Assembly: GCA_963920595.1 (NCBI GenBank)
Contig: OY986948.1
Span: forward strand, 5,270,001-5,334,000
Reading direction: 5' to 3'
DNA: 64,000 nt
From: Eimeria praecox
Taxonomy: Eukaryota
Part shown: one piece after another, positions 12,101 to 23,925 of the stretch
Layout: each line of letters opens with the position of its first letter
Numbering within the stretch: position 1 is the stretch's first letter
Made by a program: the position numbers and the translations under genes
Notes under the pieces: generated by a model
Databases searched by the model: none
Told to the model about the DNA's origin: nothing
Seen by the model: the letters and a program-made list of their open reading frames with translations, nothing else

Positions 12101-15090
12101 GACAGTGATTGTTGGAGAAGTTGTTATGTCGTTGTTTGAGGTGTGTGTTCAGGAGCAGCAAGTGGGTTTGGCGATGAGCAAGGACTAGGATACATTCCGG
12201 GTGGTTTGTGTTTGATGGTTTGTGTATAGTGGGGAATGTTGGAAGTTGGGTGGATGTTTGCTGGGTGTTGGGTGGTTTAGATTTGTGATGCGTTATGTCA
12301 GCTCTAGCACATGGAGTGGTTTGTGGCTGGAGCGGTGGGTTCTGGTGTGGGAAGTGTTTGAGTGGAGTTGGGTATTGGTGGTGGCGAATAATGTTGTATT
12401 GTATGCGTTGGATGTAGTGTGGGGAGGCTTGAGGGCGTGTAGGGTGAAGAGTAGAGCGTGATAGTATATGATGAGTGTCAGTGGTTTGATTGGGCTGTTG
12501 TTTGGATGGGGAATAGGCAGGGGACCGTGAGGGCTGGAGAAGTTGTTATGCCGTTGTTTGAGGTGTGTGTTCAGCAGCAGCAAGTGGGTTTGGTGATGAA
12601 CAAGGACTAGGATACATTCCGGGTGGTTTGTGTTTGATGGTTTGTGTCTGGTGGGGATGTTGGAAGTTGGGTGGATGTTTGCTGGGTGTTGGGTGGTTTA
12701 GATTTGTGCTGCGTTATGTCAGCTCTAGCACATGGATTGGTTTGTGGCTGGAGCGGTGGGTTCTGGTGTGGGAAGTGTTTGAGTGGAGTTGGGTATTGGT
12801 GGTGGCGAATAATGTTGTATTGTATGCGTTGGATGTAGTGTGGGAAGGCTTGAGGGCGTGTAGGGTGAAGAGTAGAGCGTGATAGTATATGATGAGTGTC
12901 AGTGATTTGATTGTGCTGTTGTTTGGATGGGGGAGGGGCTGGGGACAGCGAGGGTTGGAGAAGATGTTATGTCGTTGTTTGAGGTGTGTGTTCAGGGGCA
13001 GCAAGTGGGTTTGGTGATGAGGAAGGACTAGGATACATTCCGGGTGGTTTGTGTTTGATGGTTTGTGTCTGGTGGGGATGTTGGAAGTTGGGTGGATGTT
13101 TGCTGGGTGTTGGATGGTTTAGATTTGTGTTGCGTTATGTCAGCTCTAGCACATGGATTGGTTTGTGGCTAGAGCGATGGATGCTGGTGTGGGAAGTGTT
13201 TGAGTGGAGTTGGGTATTGGTGGTGGCGAATAATGCGGTTGTGTATGCGTTGGATGCAGTTTGGGGAGGCTTGAGGGCGTGTAGGGTGAAGAGTAGAGCG
13301 TGATAGTATATGATGAGTGTCAGTGGTTTGATTGCGCTGTTGTTTGGATGGGGAATAGGCAGGGGACCGTGAGGGCTGGAGAAGTTGTTATGCCGTTGTT
13401 TGAGGTGTGTGTTCAGCAGCAGCAAGTGGGTTTGGTGATGAGGAAGGACTAGGATACATTCCGGGTGGTTTGTGTTTGATGGTTTGTGTCTGGTGGGGAT
13501 GTTGGAAGTTGGGTGGATGTTTGCTGGGTGTTGGATGGTTTAGATTTGTGTTGCGTTATGTCAGCTCTAGCACATGGATTGGTTTGTGGCTAGAGCGATG
13601 GATGCTGGTGTGGGAAGTGTTTGAGTGGAGTTGGGTATTGGTGGTGGCGAATAATGCGGTTGTGTATGCGTTGGATGCAGTGTGGGGAGGCTTGAGGGCG
13701 TGTAGGGTGAAGAGTAGAGCGTGATAGTATATGATGAGTGTCAGTGATTTGATTGGGCTGTTGTTTAGATGGGGAATGGGCTGGGGACAGTGATTGTTGG
13801 AGAAGTTGTTATGTCGTTGTTTGAGGTGTGTGTTCAGCAGCAGCAAGTGGGTTTGGTGATGAGCAAGGACTAGGATACATTCCGGGTGGTTTGTGTTTGA
13901 TGGTTTGTGTCTGGTGGGGATGTTGGAAGTTGGGTGGATGTTTGCTGGGTGTTGGATGGTTTAGATTTGTGCTGCGTTATGTCAGCTCTAGCACATGGAT
14001 TGGTTTGTGGCTGGAGCGGTGGGTTCTGGTGTGGGAAGTGTTTGAGTGGAGTTGGGTATTGGTGGTGGCGAATAATGTTGTATTGTGTGCGTTGGATGTA
14101 GTGTGGGGAGGCTTGAGGGCGTGTAGGGTGAAGAGTAGAGCGTGAGAGTATATGATGAGTGTCAGTGATTTGATTGTGCTGTTGTTTGGATGGGGGAGGG
14201 GCTGGGGACAGCGAGGGTTGGAGAAGATGTTATGTCGTTGTTTGAGGTGTGTGTTCAGCAGCAGCAAGTGGGTTTGGTGATGAACAAGGACTAGGATACA
14301 TTCCGGGTGGTTTGTGTTTGATGGTTTGTGCCTGGTGGGGATGTTGGAATTTGGGTGGATGTTTGCTGGGTGTTGGGTGGTTTAGATTTGTGCTGCGTTA
14401 TGTCAGCTCTAGCACATGGATTGGTTTGTGGCTGGAGCGGTGGGTTCTGGTGTGGGAAGTGTTTGAGTGGAGTTGGGTATTGGTGGTGGCGAATAATGTT
14501 GTATTGTATGCGTTGGATGTAGTGTGGGAAGGCTTGAGGGCGTGTAGGGTGAAGAGTAGAGCGTGATAGTATATGATGAGTGTCAGTGATTTGATTGTGC
14601 TGTTGTTTGGATGGGGGAGGGGCTGGGGACAGCGAGGGTTGGAGAAGATGTTATGTCGTTGTTTGAGGTGTGTGTTCAGGAGCAGCAAGTGGGTTTGGTG
14701 ATGAACAAGGACTAGGATACATTCCGGGTGGTTTGTGTTTGATGGTTTGTGTCTGGTGGGGATGCTGGAAGTTGGGTGGATGTTTGCTGGGTGTTGGGTG
14801 GTTTAGATTTGTGCTGCGTTATGTCAGCTCTAGCACATGGATTGGTTTGTGGCTAGAGCGATGGATGCTGGTGTGGGAAGTGTTTGAGTGGAGTTGGGTA
14901 TTGGTGGTGGCGAATAATGCGGTTGTGTATGCGTTGGATGCAGTTTGGGGAGGCTTGAGGGCGTGTAGGGTGAAGAGTAGAGCGTGAGAGTATATGATGA
15001 GTGTCAGTGATTTGATTGGGCTGTTGTTTAGATGGGGAATGGGCTGGGGACAGTGTTTGTTGGAGAAGTTGTTATGTCGTTGTTTGAGGT

Positions 15091-17612
15091 GTGTGTTCAG
15101 GAGCAGCAAGTGGGTTTGGTGATGAACAAGGACTAGGATACATTCCGGGTGGTTTGTGTTTGATGGTTTGTGTATGGTGGGGATGTTGGAATTTGGGTGG
15201 ATGTTTGCTGGGTGTTGGGTGGTTTAGATTTGTGCTGCGTTATGTCAGCTCTAGCACATGGATTGGTTTGTGGCTGGAGCGGTGGGTTCTGGTGTGGGAA
15301 GTGTTTGAGTGGAGTTGGGTATTGGTGGTGGCGAATAATGTTGTATTGTATGCGTTGGATGTAGTGTGGGAAGGCTTGAGGGCGTGTAGGGTGAAGAGTA
15401 GAGCGTGAGAGTATATGATGAGTGTCAGTGATTTGATTGTGCTGTTGTTTGGATGGGGGAGGGGCTGGGGACAGCGAGGGTTGGAGAAGATGCTATGTCG
15501 TTGTTTGAGGTGTGTGTTCAGCAGCAGCAAGTGGGTTTGGTGATGAGCAAGGACTAGGATACATTCCGGGTGGTATGTGTTTGATGGTTTGTGTCTGGTG
15601 GGGATGTTGGAAGTTGGGTGGATGTTTGCTGGGTGTTGGATGGTTTAGATTTGTGCTGCGTTATGTCAGCTCTAGCACATGGATTGGTTTGTGGCTAGAG
15701 CGATGGATGCTGGTGTGGGAAGTGTTTGAGTGGAGTTGGGTATTGGTGGTGGCGAATAATGCGGTTGTGTATGCGTTGGATGCAGTTTGGGGAGGCATGA
15801 GGGCGTGTAGGGTGAAGAGTAGAGCGTGATAGTATATGAAGAGTGTCAGTGATTTGATTGGGCTGTTGTTTAGATGGGGAATGGGCTGGGGACAGTGATT
15901 GTTGGAGAAGTTGTTGTCGTTGTTTGAGGTGTGTGTTCAGGAGCAGCAAGTGGGTTTGGTGATGAACAAGGACTAGGATACATTCCGGGTGGTTTGTGTT
16001 TGATGGTTTGTGTATGGTGGGGATGTTGGAAGTTGGGTGGATGTTTGCTGGGTGTTGGGTGGTTTAGATTTGTGCTGCGTTATGTCAGCTCTAGCACATG
16101 GATTGGTTTGTGGCTGGAGCGGTGGGTTCTGGTGTGGGAAGTGTTTGAGTGGAGTTGGGTATTGGTGGTGGCGAATAATGTTGTATTGTATGCGTTGGAT
16201 GTAGTGTGGGAAGGCTTGAGGGCGTGTAGGGTGAAGAGTAGAGCGTGATAGTATATGATGAGTGTCAGTGATTTGATTGTGCTGTTGTTTGGATGGGGGA
16301 GGGGCTGGGGACAGCGAGGGTTGGAGAAGATGCTATGTCGTTGTTTGAGGTGTGTGTTCAGCAGCAGCAAGTGGGTTTGGTGATGAGCAAGGACTAGGAT
16401 ACATTCCGGGTGGTATGTGTTTGATGGTTTGTGTCTGGTGGGGATGTTGGAAGTTGGGTGGATGTTTGCTGGGTGTTGGATGGTTTAGATTTGTGCTGCG
16501 TTATGTCAGCTCTAGCACATGGATTGGTTTGTGGCTAGAGCGATGGATGCTGGTGTGGGAAGTGTTTGAGTGGAGTTGGGTATTGGTGGTGGCGAATAAT
16601 GCGGTTGTGTATGCGTTGGATGCAGTTTGGGGAGGCATGAGGGCGTGTAGGGTGAAGAGTAGAGCGTGATAGTATATGAAGAGTGTCAGTGATTTGATTG
16701 GGCTGTTGTTTAGATGGGGAATGGGCTGGGGACAGTGATTGTTGGAGAAGTTGTTGTCGTTGTTTGAGGTGTGTGTTCAGGAGCAGCAAGTGGGTTTGGT
16801 GATGAACAAGGACTAGGATACATTCCGGGTGGTTTGTGTTTGATGGTTTGTGTATGGTGGGGATGTTGGAAGTTGGGTGGATGTTTGCTGGGTGTTGGGT
16901 GGTTTAGATTTGTGCTGCGTTATGTCAGCTCTAGCACATGGATTGGTTTGTGGCTGGAGCGGTGGGTTCTGGTGTGGGAAGTGTTTGAGTGGAGTTGGGT
17001 ATTGGTGGTGGCGAATAATGTTGTATTGTATGCGTTGGATGTAGTGTGGGAAGGCTTGAGGGCGTGTAGGGTGAAGAGTAGAGCGTGAGAGTATATGATG
17101 AGTGTCAGTGATTTGATTGTGCTGTTGTTTGGATGGGGGAGGGGCTGGGGACAGCGAGGGTTGGAGAAGATGCTATGTCGTTGTTTGAGGTGTGTGTTCA
17201 GCAGCAGCAAGTGGGTTTGGTGATGAGCAAGGACTAGGATACATTCTGGGTGGTTTGTGTTTGATGGTTTGTGTCTGGTGGGGATGTTGGAAGTTGGGTG
17301 GATGTTTGCTGGGTGTTGGATGGTTTAGATTTGTGCTGCGTTATGTCAGCTCTAGCACATGGATTGGTTTGTGGCTAGAGCGATGGATGCTGGTGTGGGA
17401 AGTGTTTGAGTGGAGTTGGGTATTGGTGGTGGCGAATAATGCGGTTGTGTATGCGTTGGATGCAGTTTGGGGAGGCTTGAGGGCGTGTAGGGTGAAGAGT
17501 AGAGCGTGATAGTATATGAAGAGTGTCAGTGATTTGATTGGGCTGTTGTTTAGATGGGGAATGGGCTGGGGACAGTGATTGTTGGAGAAGTTGTTATGTC
17601 GTTGTTTGAGGT
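15091..17612. repeat. Local 2-monomer HOR (840 bp = 421 + 419), ~3 copies
   Basis: Sequence lines at 15121, 15961 and 16801 are in identical phase (840-bp step). The 2-bp deletion GAAGTTGTT^GTCG is at ~15915 and ~16755. GGCATGAGG and GGTATGTG variants alternate. Confidence 0.85.
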
Positions 17613-20600
17613 GTGTGTTCAGGAGCAGCAAGTGGGTTTGGTGATGAACAAGGACTAGGATACATTCCGGGTGGTTTGTGTTTGATGGTTTGTGTCTGGT
17701 GGGGATGTTGGAAGTTGGGTGGATGTTTGCTGGGTGTTGGGTGGTTTAGATTTGTGCTGCGTTATGTCAGCTCTAGCACATGGATTGGTTTGTGGCTGGA
17801 GGGGTGGGTTCTGGTGTGGGAAGTGTTTGAGTGGAGTTGGGTATTGGTGGTGGCGAATAATGTTGTATTGTATGCGTTGGATGTAGTGTGGGAAGGCTTG
17901 AGGGCGTGTAGGGTGAAGAGTAGAGCGTGATAGTATATGATGAGTGTCAGTGATTTGATTGTGCTGTTGTTTGGATGGGGGAGGGGCTGGGGACAGCGAG
18001 GGTTGGAGAAGATGTTATGTCGTTGTTTGAGGTGTGTGTTCAGGGGCAGCAAGTGGGTTTGGTGATGAGGAAGGACTAGGATACATTCCGGGTGGTTTGT
18101 GTTTGATGGTTTGTGTCTGGTGGGGATGTTGGAAGTTGGGTGGATGTTTGCTGGGTGTTGGGTGGTTTAGATTTGTGCTGCGTTATGTCAGCTCTAGCAC
18201 ATGGATTGGTTTGTGGCTGGAGCGGTGGGTTCTGGTGTGGGAAGTGTTTGAGTGGAGTTGGGTATTGGTGGTGGCGAATAATGTTGTATTGTATGCGTTG
18301 GATGTAGTGTGGGAAGGCTTGAGGGCGTGTAGGGTGAAGAGTAGAGCGTGATAGTATATGATGAGTGTCAGTGATTTGATTGTGCTGTTGTTTGGATGGG
18401 GGAGGGGCTGGGGACAGCGAGGGTTGGAGAAGATGTTATGTCGTTGTTTGAGGTGTGTGTTCAGGAGCAGCAAGTGGGTTTGGTGATGAACAAGGACTAG
18501 GATACATTCCGGGTGGTTTGTGTTTGATGGTTTGTGTCTGGTGGGGATGCTGGAAGTTGGGTGGATGTTTGCTGGGTGTTGGGTGGTTTAGATTTGTGCT
18601 GCGTTATGTCAGCTCTAGCACATGGATTGGTTTGTGGCTAGAGCGATGGATGCTGGTGTGGGAAGTGTTTGAGTGGAGTTGGGTATTGGTGGTGGCGAAT
18701 AATGCGGTTGTGTATGCGTTGGATGCAGTTTGGGGAGGCTTGAGGGCGTGTAGGGTGAAGAGTAGAGCGTGAGAGTATATGATGAGTGTCAGTGATTTGA
18801 TTGGGCTGTTGTTTAGATGGGGAATGGGCTGGGGACAGTGTTTGTTGGAGAAGTTGTTATGTCGTTGTTTGAGGTGTGTGTTCAGGAGCAGCAAGTGGGT
18901 TTGGTGATGAACAAGGACTAGGATACATTCCGGGTGGTTTGTGTTTGATGGTTTGTGTATGGTGGGGATGTTGGAATTTGGGTGGATGTTTGCTGGGTGT
19001 TGGGTGGTTTAGATTTGTGCTGCGTTATGTCAGCTCTAGCACATGGATTGGTTTGTGGCTGGAGCGGTGGGTTCTGGTGTGGGAAGTGTTTGAGTGGAGT
19101 TGGGTATTGGTGGTGGCGAATAATGTTGTATTGTATGCGTTGGATGTAGTGTGGGAAGGCTTGAGGGCGTGTAGGGTGAAGAGTAGAGCGTGAGAGTATA
19201 TGATGAGTGTCAGTGATTTGATTGTGCTGTTGTTTGGATGGGGGAGGGGCTGGGGACAGCGAGGGTTGGAGAAGATGCTATGTCGTTGTTTGAGGTGTGT
19301 GTTCAGCAGCAGCAAGTGGGTTTGGTGATGAGCAAGGACTAGGATACATTCCGGGTGGTATGTGTTTGATGGTTTGTGTCTGGTGGGGATGTTGGAAGTT
19401 GGGTGGATGTTTGCTGGGTGTTGGATGGTTTAGATTTGTGCTGCGTTATGTCAGCTCTAGCACATGGATTGGTTTGTGGCTAGAGCGATGGATGCTGGTG
19501 TGGGAAGTGTTTGAGTGGAGTTGGGTATTGGTGGTGGCGAATAATGCGGTTGTGTATGCGTTGGATGCAGTTTGGGGAGGCATGAGGGCGTGTAGGGTGA
19601 AGAGTAGAGCGTGATAGTATATGAAGAGTGTCAGTGATTTGATTGGGCTGTTGTTTAGATGGGGAATGGGCTGGGGACAGTGATTGTTGGAGAAGTTGTT
19701 GTCGTTGTTTGAGGTGTGTGTTCAGGAGCAGCAAGTGGGTTTGGTGATGAACAAGGACTAGGATACATTCCGGGTGGTTTGTGTTTGATGGTTTGTGTAT
19801 GGTGGGGATGTTGGAAGTTGGGTGGATGTTTGCTGGGTGTTGGGTGGTTTAGATTTGTGCTGCGTTATGTCAGCTCTAGCACATGGATTGGTTTGTGGCT
19901 GGAGCGGTGGGTTCTGGTGTGGGAAGTGTTTGAGTGGAGTTGGGTATTGGTGGTGGCGAATAATGTTGTATTGTATGCGTTGGATGTAGTGTGGGAAGGC
20001 TTGAGGGCGTGTAGGGTGAAGAGTAGAGCGTGAGAGTATATGATGAGTGTCAGTGATTTGATTGTGCTGTTGTTTGGATGGGGGAGGGGCTGGGGACAGC
20101 GAGGGTTGGAGAAGATGCTATGTCGTTGTTTGAGGTGTGTGTTCAGCAGCAGCAAGTGGGTTTGGTGATGAGCAAGGACTAGGATACATTCCGGGTGGTA
20201 TGTGTTTGATGGTTTGTGTCTGGTGGGGATGTTGGAAGTTGGGTGGATGTTTGCTGGGTGTTGGATGGTTTAGATTTGTGCTGCGTTATGTCAGCTCTAG
20301 CACATGGATTGGTTTGTGGCTAGAGCGATGGATGCTGGTGTGGGAAGTGTTTGAGTGGAGTTGGGTATTGGTGGTGGCGAATAATGCGGTTGTGTATGCG
20401 TTGGATGCAGTTTGGGGAGGCATGAGGGCGTGTAGGGTGAAGAGTAGAGCGTGAGAGTATATGATGAGTGTCAGTGATTTGATTGTGCTGTTGTTTGGAT
20501 GGGGGAGGGGCTGGGGACAGCGAGGGTTGGAGAAGATGCTATGTCGTTGTTTGAGGTGTGTGTTCAGCAGCAGCAAGTGGGTTTGGTGATGAGCAAGGAC

Positions 20601-23600
20601 TAGGATACATTCTGGGTGGTTTGTGTTTGATGGTTTGTGTCTGGTGGGGATGTTGGAAGTTGGGTGGATGTTTGCTGGGTGTTGGATGGTTTAGATTTGT
20701 GCTGCGTTATGTCAGCTCTAGCACATGGATTGGTTTGTGGCTAGAGCGATGGATGCTGGTGTGGGAAGTGTTTGAGTGGAGTTGGGTATTGGTGGTGGCG
20801 AATAATGCGGTTGTGTATGCGTTGGATGCAGTTTGGGGAGGCTTGAGGGCGTGTAGGGTGAAGAGTAGAGCGTGATAGTATATGAAGAGTGTCAGTGATT
20901 TGATTGGGCTGTTGTTTAGATGGGGAATGGGCTGGGGACAGTGATTGTTGGAGAAGTTGTTATGTCGTTGTTTGAGGTGTGTGTTCAGGAGCAGCAAGTG
21001 GGTTTGGTGATGAACAAGGACTAGGATACATTCCGGGTGGTTTGTGTTTGATGGTTTGTGTCTGGTGGGGATGTTGGAAGTTGGGTGGATGTTTGCTGGG
21101 TGTTGGGTGGTTTAGATTTGTGCTGCGTTATGTCAGCTCTAGCACATGGATTGGTTTGTGGCTGGAGGGGTGGGTTCTGGTGTGGGAAGTGTTTGAGTGG
21201 AGTTGGGTATTGGTGGTGGCGAATAATGTTGTATTGTATGCGTTGGATGTAGTGTGGGAAGGCTTGAGGGCGTGTAGGGTGAAGAGTAGAGCGTGATAGT
21301 ATATGATGAGTGTCAGTGATTTGATTGTGCTGTTGTTTGGATGGGGGAGGGGCTGGGGACAGCGAGGGTTGGAGAAGATGTTATGTCGTTGTTTGAGGTG
21401 TGTGTTCAGCAGCAGCAAGTGGGTTTGGTGATGAGCAAGGACTAGGATACATTCCTGGTGGTTTGTGTTTGATGGTTTGTGTCTGGTGGGGATGTTGGAA
21501 GTTGGGTGGATGTTTGCTGGGTGTTGGATGGTTTAGATTTGTGTTGCGTTATGTCAGCTCTAGCACATGGATTGGTTTGTGGCTAGAGCGATGGATGCTG
21601 GTGTGGGAAGTGTTTGAGTGGAGTTGGGTATTGGTGGTGGCGAATAATGCGGTTGTGTATGCGTTGGATGCAGTTAGGGGAGGCTTGAGGGCGTGTAGGG
21701 TGAAGAGTAGAGCGTGATAGTATATGATGAGTGTCAGTGATTTGATTGTGCTGTTGTTTGGATGGGCGAGGGGCTGCGGACAGCGAGGGTTGGAGATGTT
21801 GTTATGTCGTTGTTTGAGGTGTGTGTTCAGGAGCAGCAAGTGGGTTTGGTGATGAGCAAGGACTAGGATACATTCCGGGTGGTTTGTGTTTGATGGTTTG
21901 TGTCTGGTGGGGATGTTGGAAGTTGGGTGGATGTTTGCTGGGTGTTGGATGGTTTAGAATTGTGTTGCGTTATGTCAGCTCTTGCACATGGATTGGTTTG
22001 TGGCTGGAGGGGTGGGTTCTGGTGTGGGAAGTGTTTGAGTGGAGTTGGGTATTGGTGGTGGCGAATAATGTTGTAGTGTATGCGTTGGATGCAGTGTGGG
22101 GAGGCTTGAGGGCGTGTAGGGTGAAGAGTAGAGCGTGATAGTATATGATGAGTGTCAGTGATTTGATTGCGCTGTTGTTTAGATGGGAGAGGAGCTGCGC
22201 ACAGTGTTTGTTGGAGAAGTTGTTATGTCGTTGTTTGAGGTGTGTGTTCAGGGGCAGCAAGTGGGTTTGGTGATGAGGAAGGACTAGGATACATTCCGGG
22301 TGGTTTGTGTTTGATGGTTTGTGTCTGGTGGGGATGTTGGAAGTTGGGTGGATGTTTGCTGGGTGTTGGATGGTTTATATTTGTGTTGCGTTATGTCAGC
22401 TCTAGCACATGGAGTGGTTTGTGGCTGGAGGGGTGGGTTCTGGTGTGGGAAGTGTTTGAGTGGAGTTGGGTATTGGTGGTGGCGAATAATGTTGTATTGT
22501 ATGCGTTGGATGCAGTTTGGGGAGGCTTGAGGGCGTGTAGGGTGAAGAGTAGAGCGTGATAGTATATGATGAGTGTCAGTGATTTGATTGCGCTGTTGTT
22601 TAGATGGGAGAGGAGCTGCGCACAGTGTTTGTTGGAGAAGTTGTTATGTCGTTGTTTGAGGTGTGTGTTCAGCAGCAGCAAGTGGGTTTGGTGATGAACA
22701 AGGACTAGGATACATTCCGGGTGGTTTGTGTTTGATGGTTTGTGTCTGGTGGGGATGTTGGAAGTTGGGTGGATGTTTGCTGGGTGTTGGGTGGTTTAGA
22801 TTTGTGTTGCGTTATGTCAGCTCTAGCACATGGAGTGGTTTGTGGCTGGAGTGGTGGGTTCTGGTGTGGGAAGTGTTTGAGTGGAGTTGGGTATTGGTGG
22901 TGGCGAATAATGTTGTATTGTATGCGTTGGATGTAGTGTGGGGAGGCTTGAGGGCGTGTAGGGTGAAGAGTAGAGCGTGATAGTATATGATGAGTGTCAG
23001 TGATTTGATTGTGCTGTTGTTTGGATGGGGGAGGGGCTGCGGACAGCGAGGGTTGGAGATGTTGTTATGTCGTTGTTTGAGGTGTGTGTTCAGGAGCAGC
23101 AAGTGGGTTTGGTGATGAGCAAGGACTAGGATACATTCCGGGTGGTTTGTGTTTGATGGTTTGTGTCTGGTGGGGATGTTGGAAGTTGGGTGGATGTTTG
23201 CTGGGTGTTGGGTGGTTTAGATTTGTGTTGCGTTATGTCAGCTCTAGCACATGGAGTGGTTTGTGGCTGGAGGGGTGGGTTCTGGTGTGGGAAGTGTTTG
23301 AGTGGAGTTGGGTATTGGTGGTGGCGAATAATGTTGTATTGTATGCGTTGGATGCAGTGTGGGGAGGCTTGAGGGCGTGTAGGGTGAAGAGTAGAGCGTG
23401 ATAGTATATGATGAGTGTCAGTGATTTGATTGGGCTGTTGTTTAGATGGGAGAGGAGCTGCGCACAGTGTTTGTTGGAGAAGTTGTTATGTCGTTGTTTG
23501 AGGTGTGTGTTCAGCAGCAGCAAGTGGGTTTGGTGATGAACAAGGACTAGGATACATTCCGGGTGGTTTGTGTTTGATGGTTTGTGTCTGGTGGGGATGT

Positions 23601-23925
23601 TGGAAGTTGGGTGGATGTTTGCTGGGTGTTGGATGGTTTATATTTGTGTCGCGTTATGTCAGCTCTAGCACATGGAGTGGTTTGTGGCTAGAGTGGTGGG
23701 TTCTGGTGTGGTAAGTGTTTGAGTGGAGTTGGGTATTGGTGGTGGCGAATAATGCGGTTGTGTATGCGTTGGATGCAGTGTGGGGAGGCTTGAGGGCGTG
23801 TAGGGTGAAGAGTAGAGCGTGATAGTATATGATGAGTGTCAGTGATTTGATTGTGCTGTTGTTTGGATGGGCGAGGGGCTGCGGACAGCGAGGGTTGGAG
23901 ATGTTGTTATGTCGTTGTTTGAGGT

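Noticed and set aside
21673..21680. TTAGGG telomeric motif, and the length coincidence with the ~421/422-bp baleen whale heavy satellite
   Set aside because: TTAGGG appears only as a single sporadic variant (GCAGTTAGGGG) in a few monomers. As I recall, that whale satellite has a TTAGGG-rich subrepeat half, which is absent here. Family identity needs a BLAST/Dfam/Repbase search.
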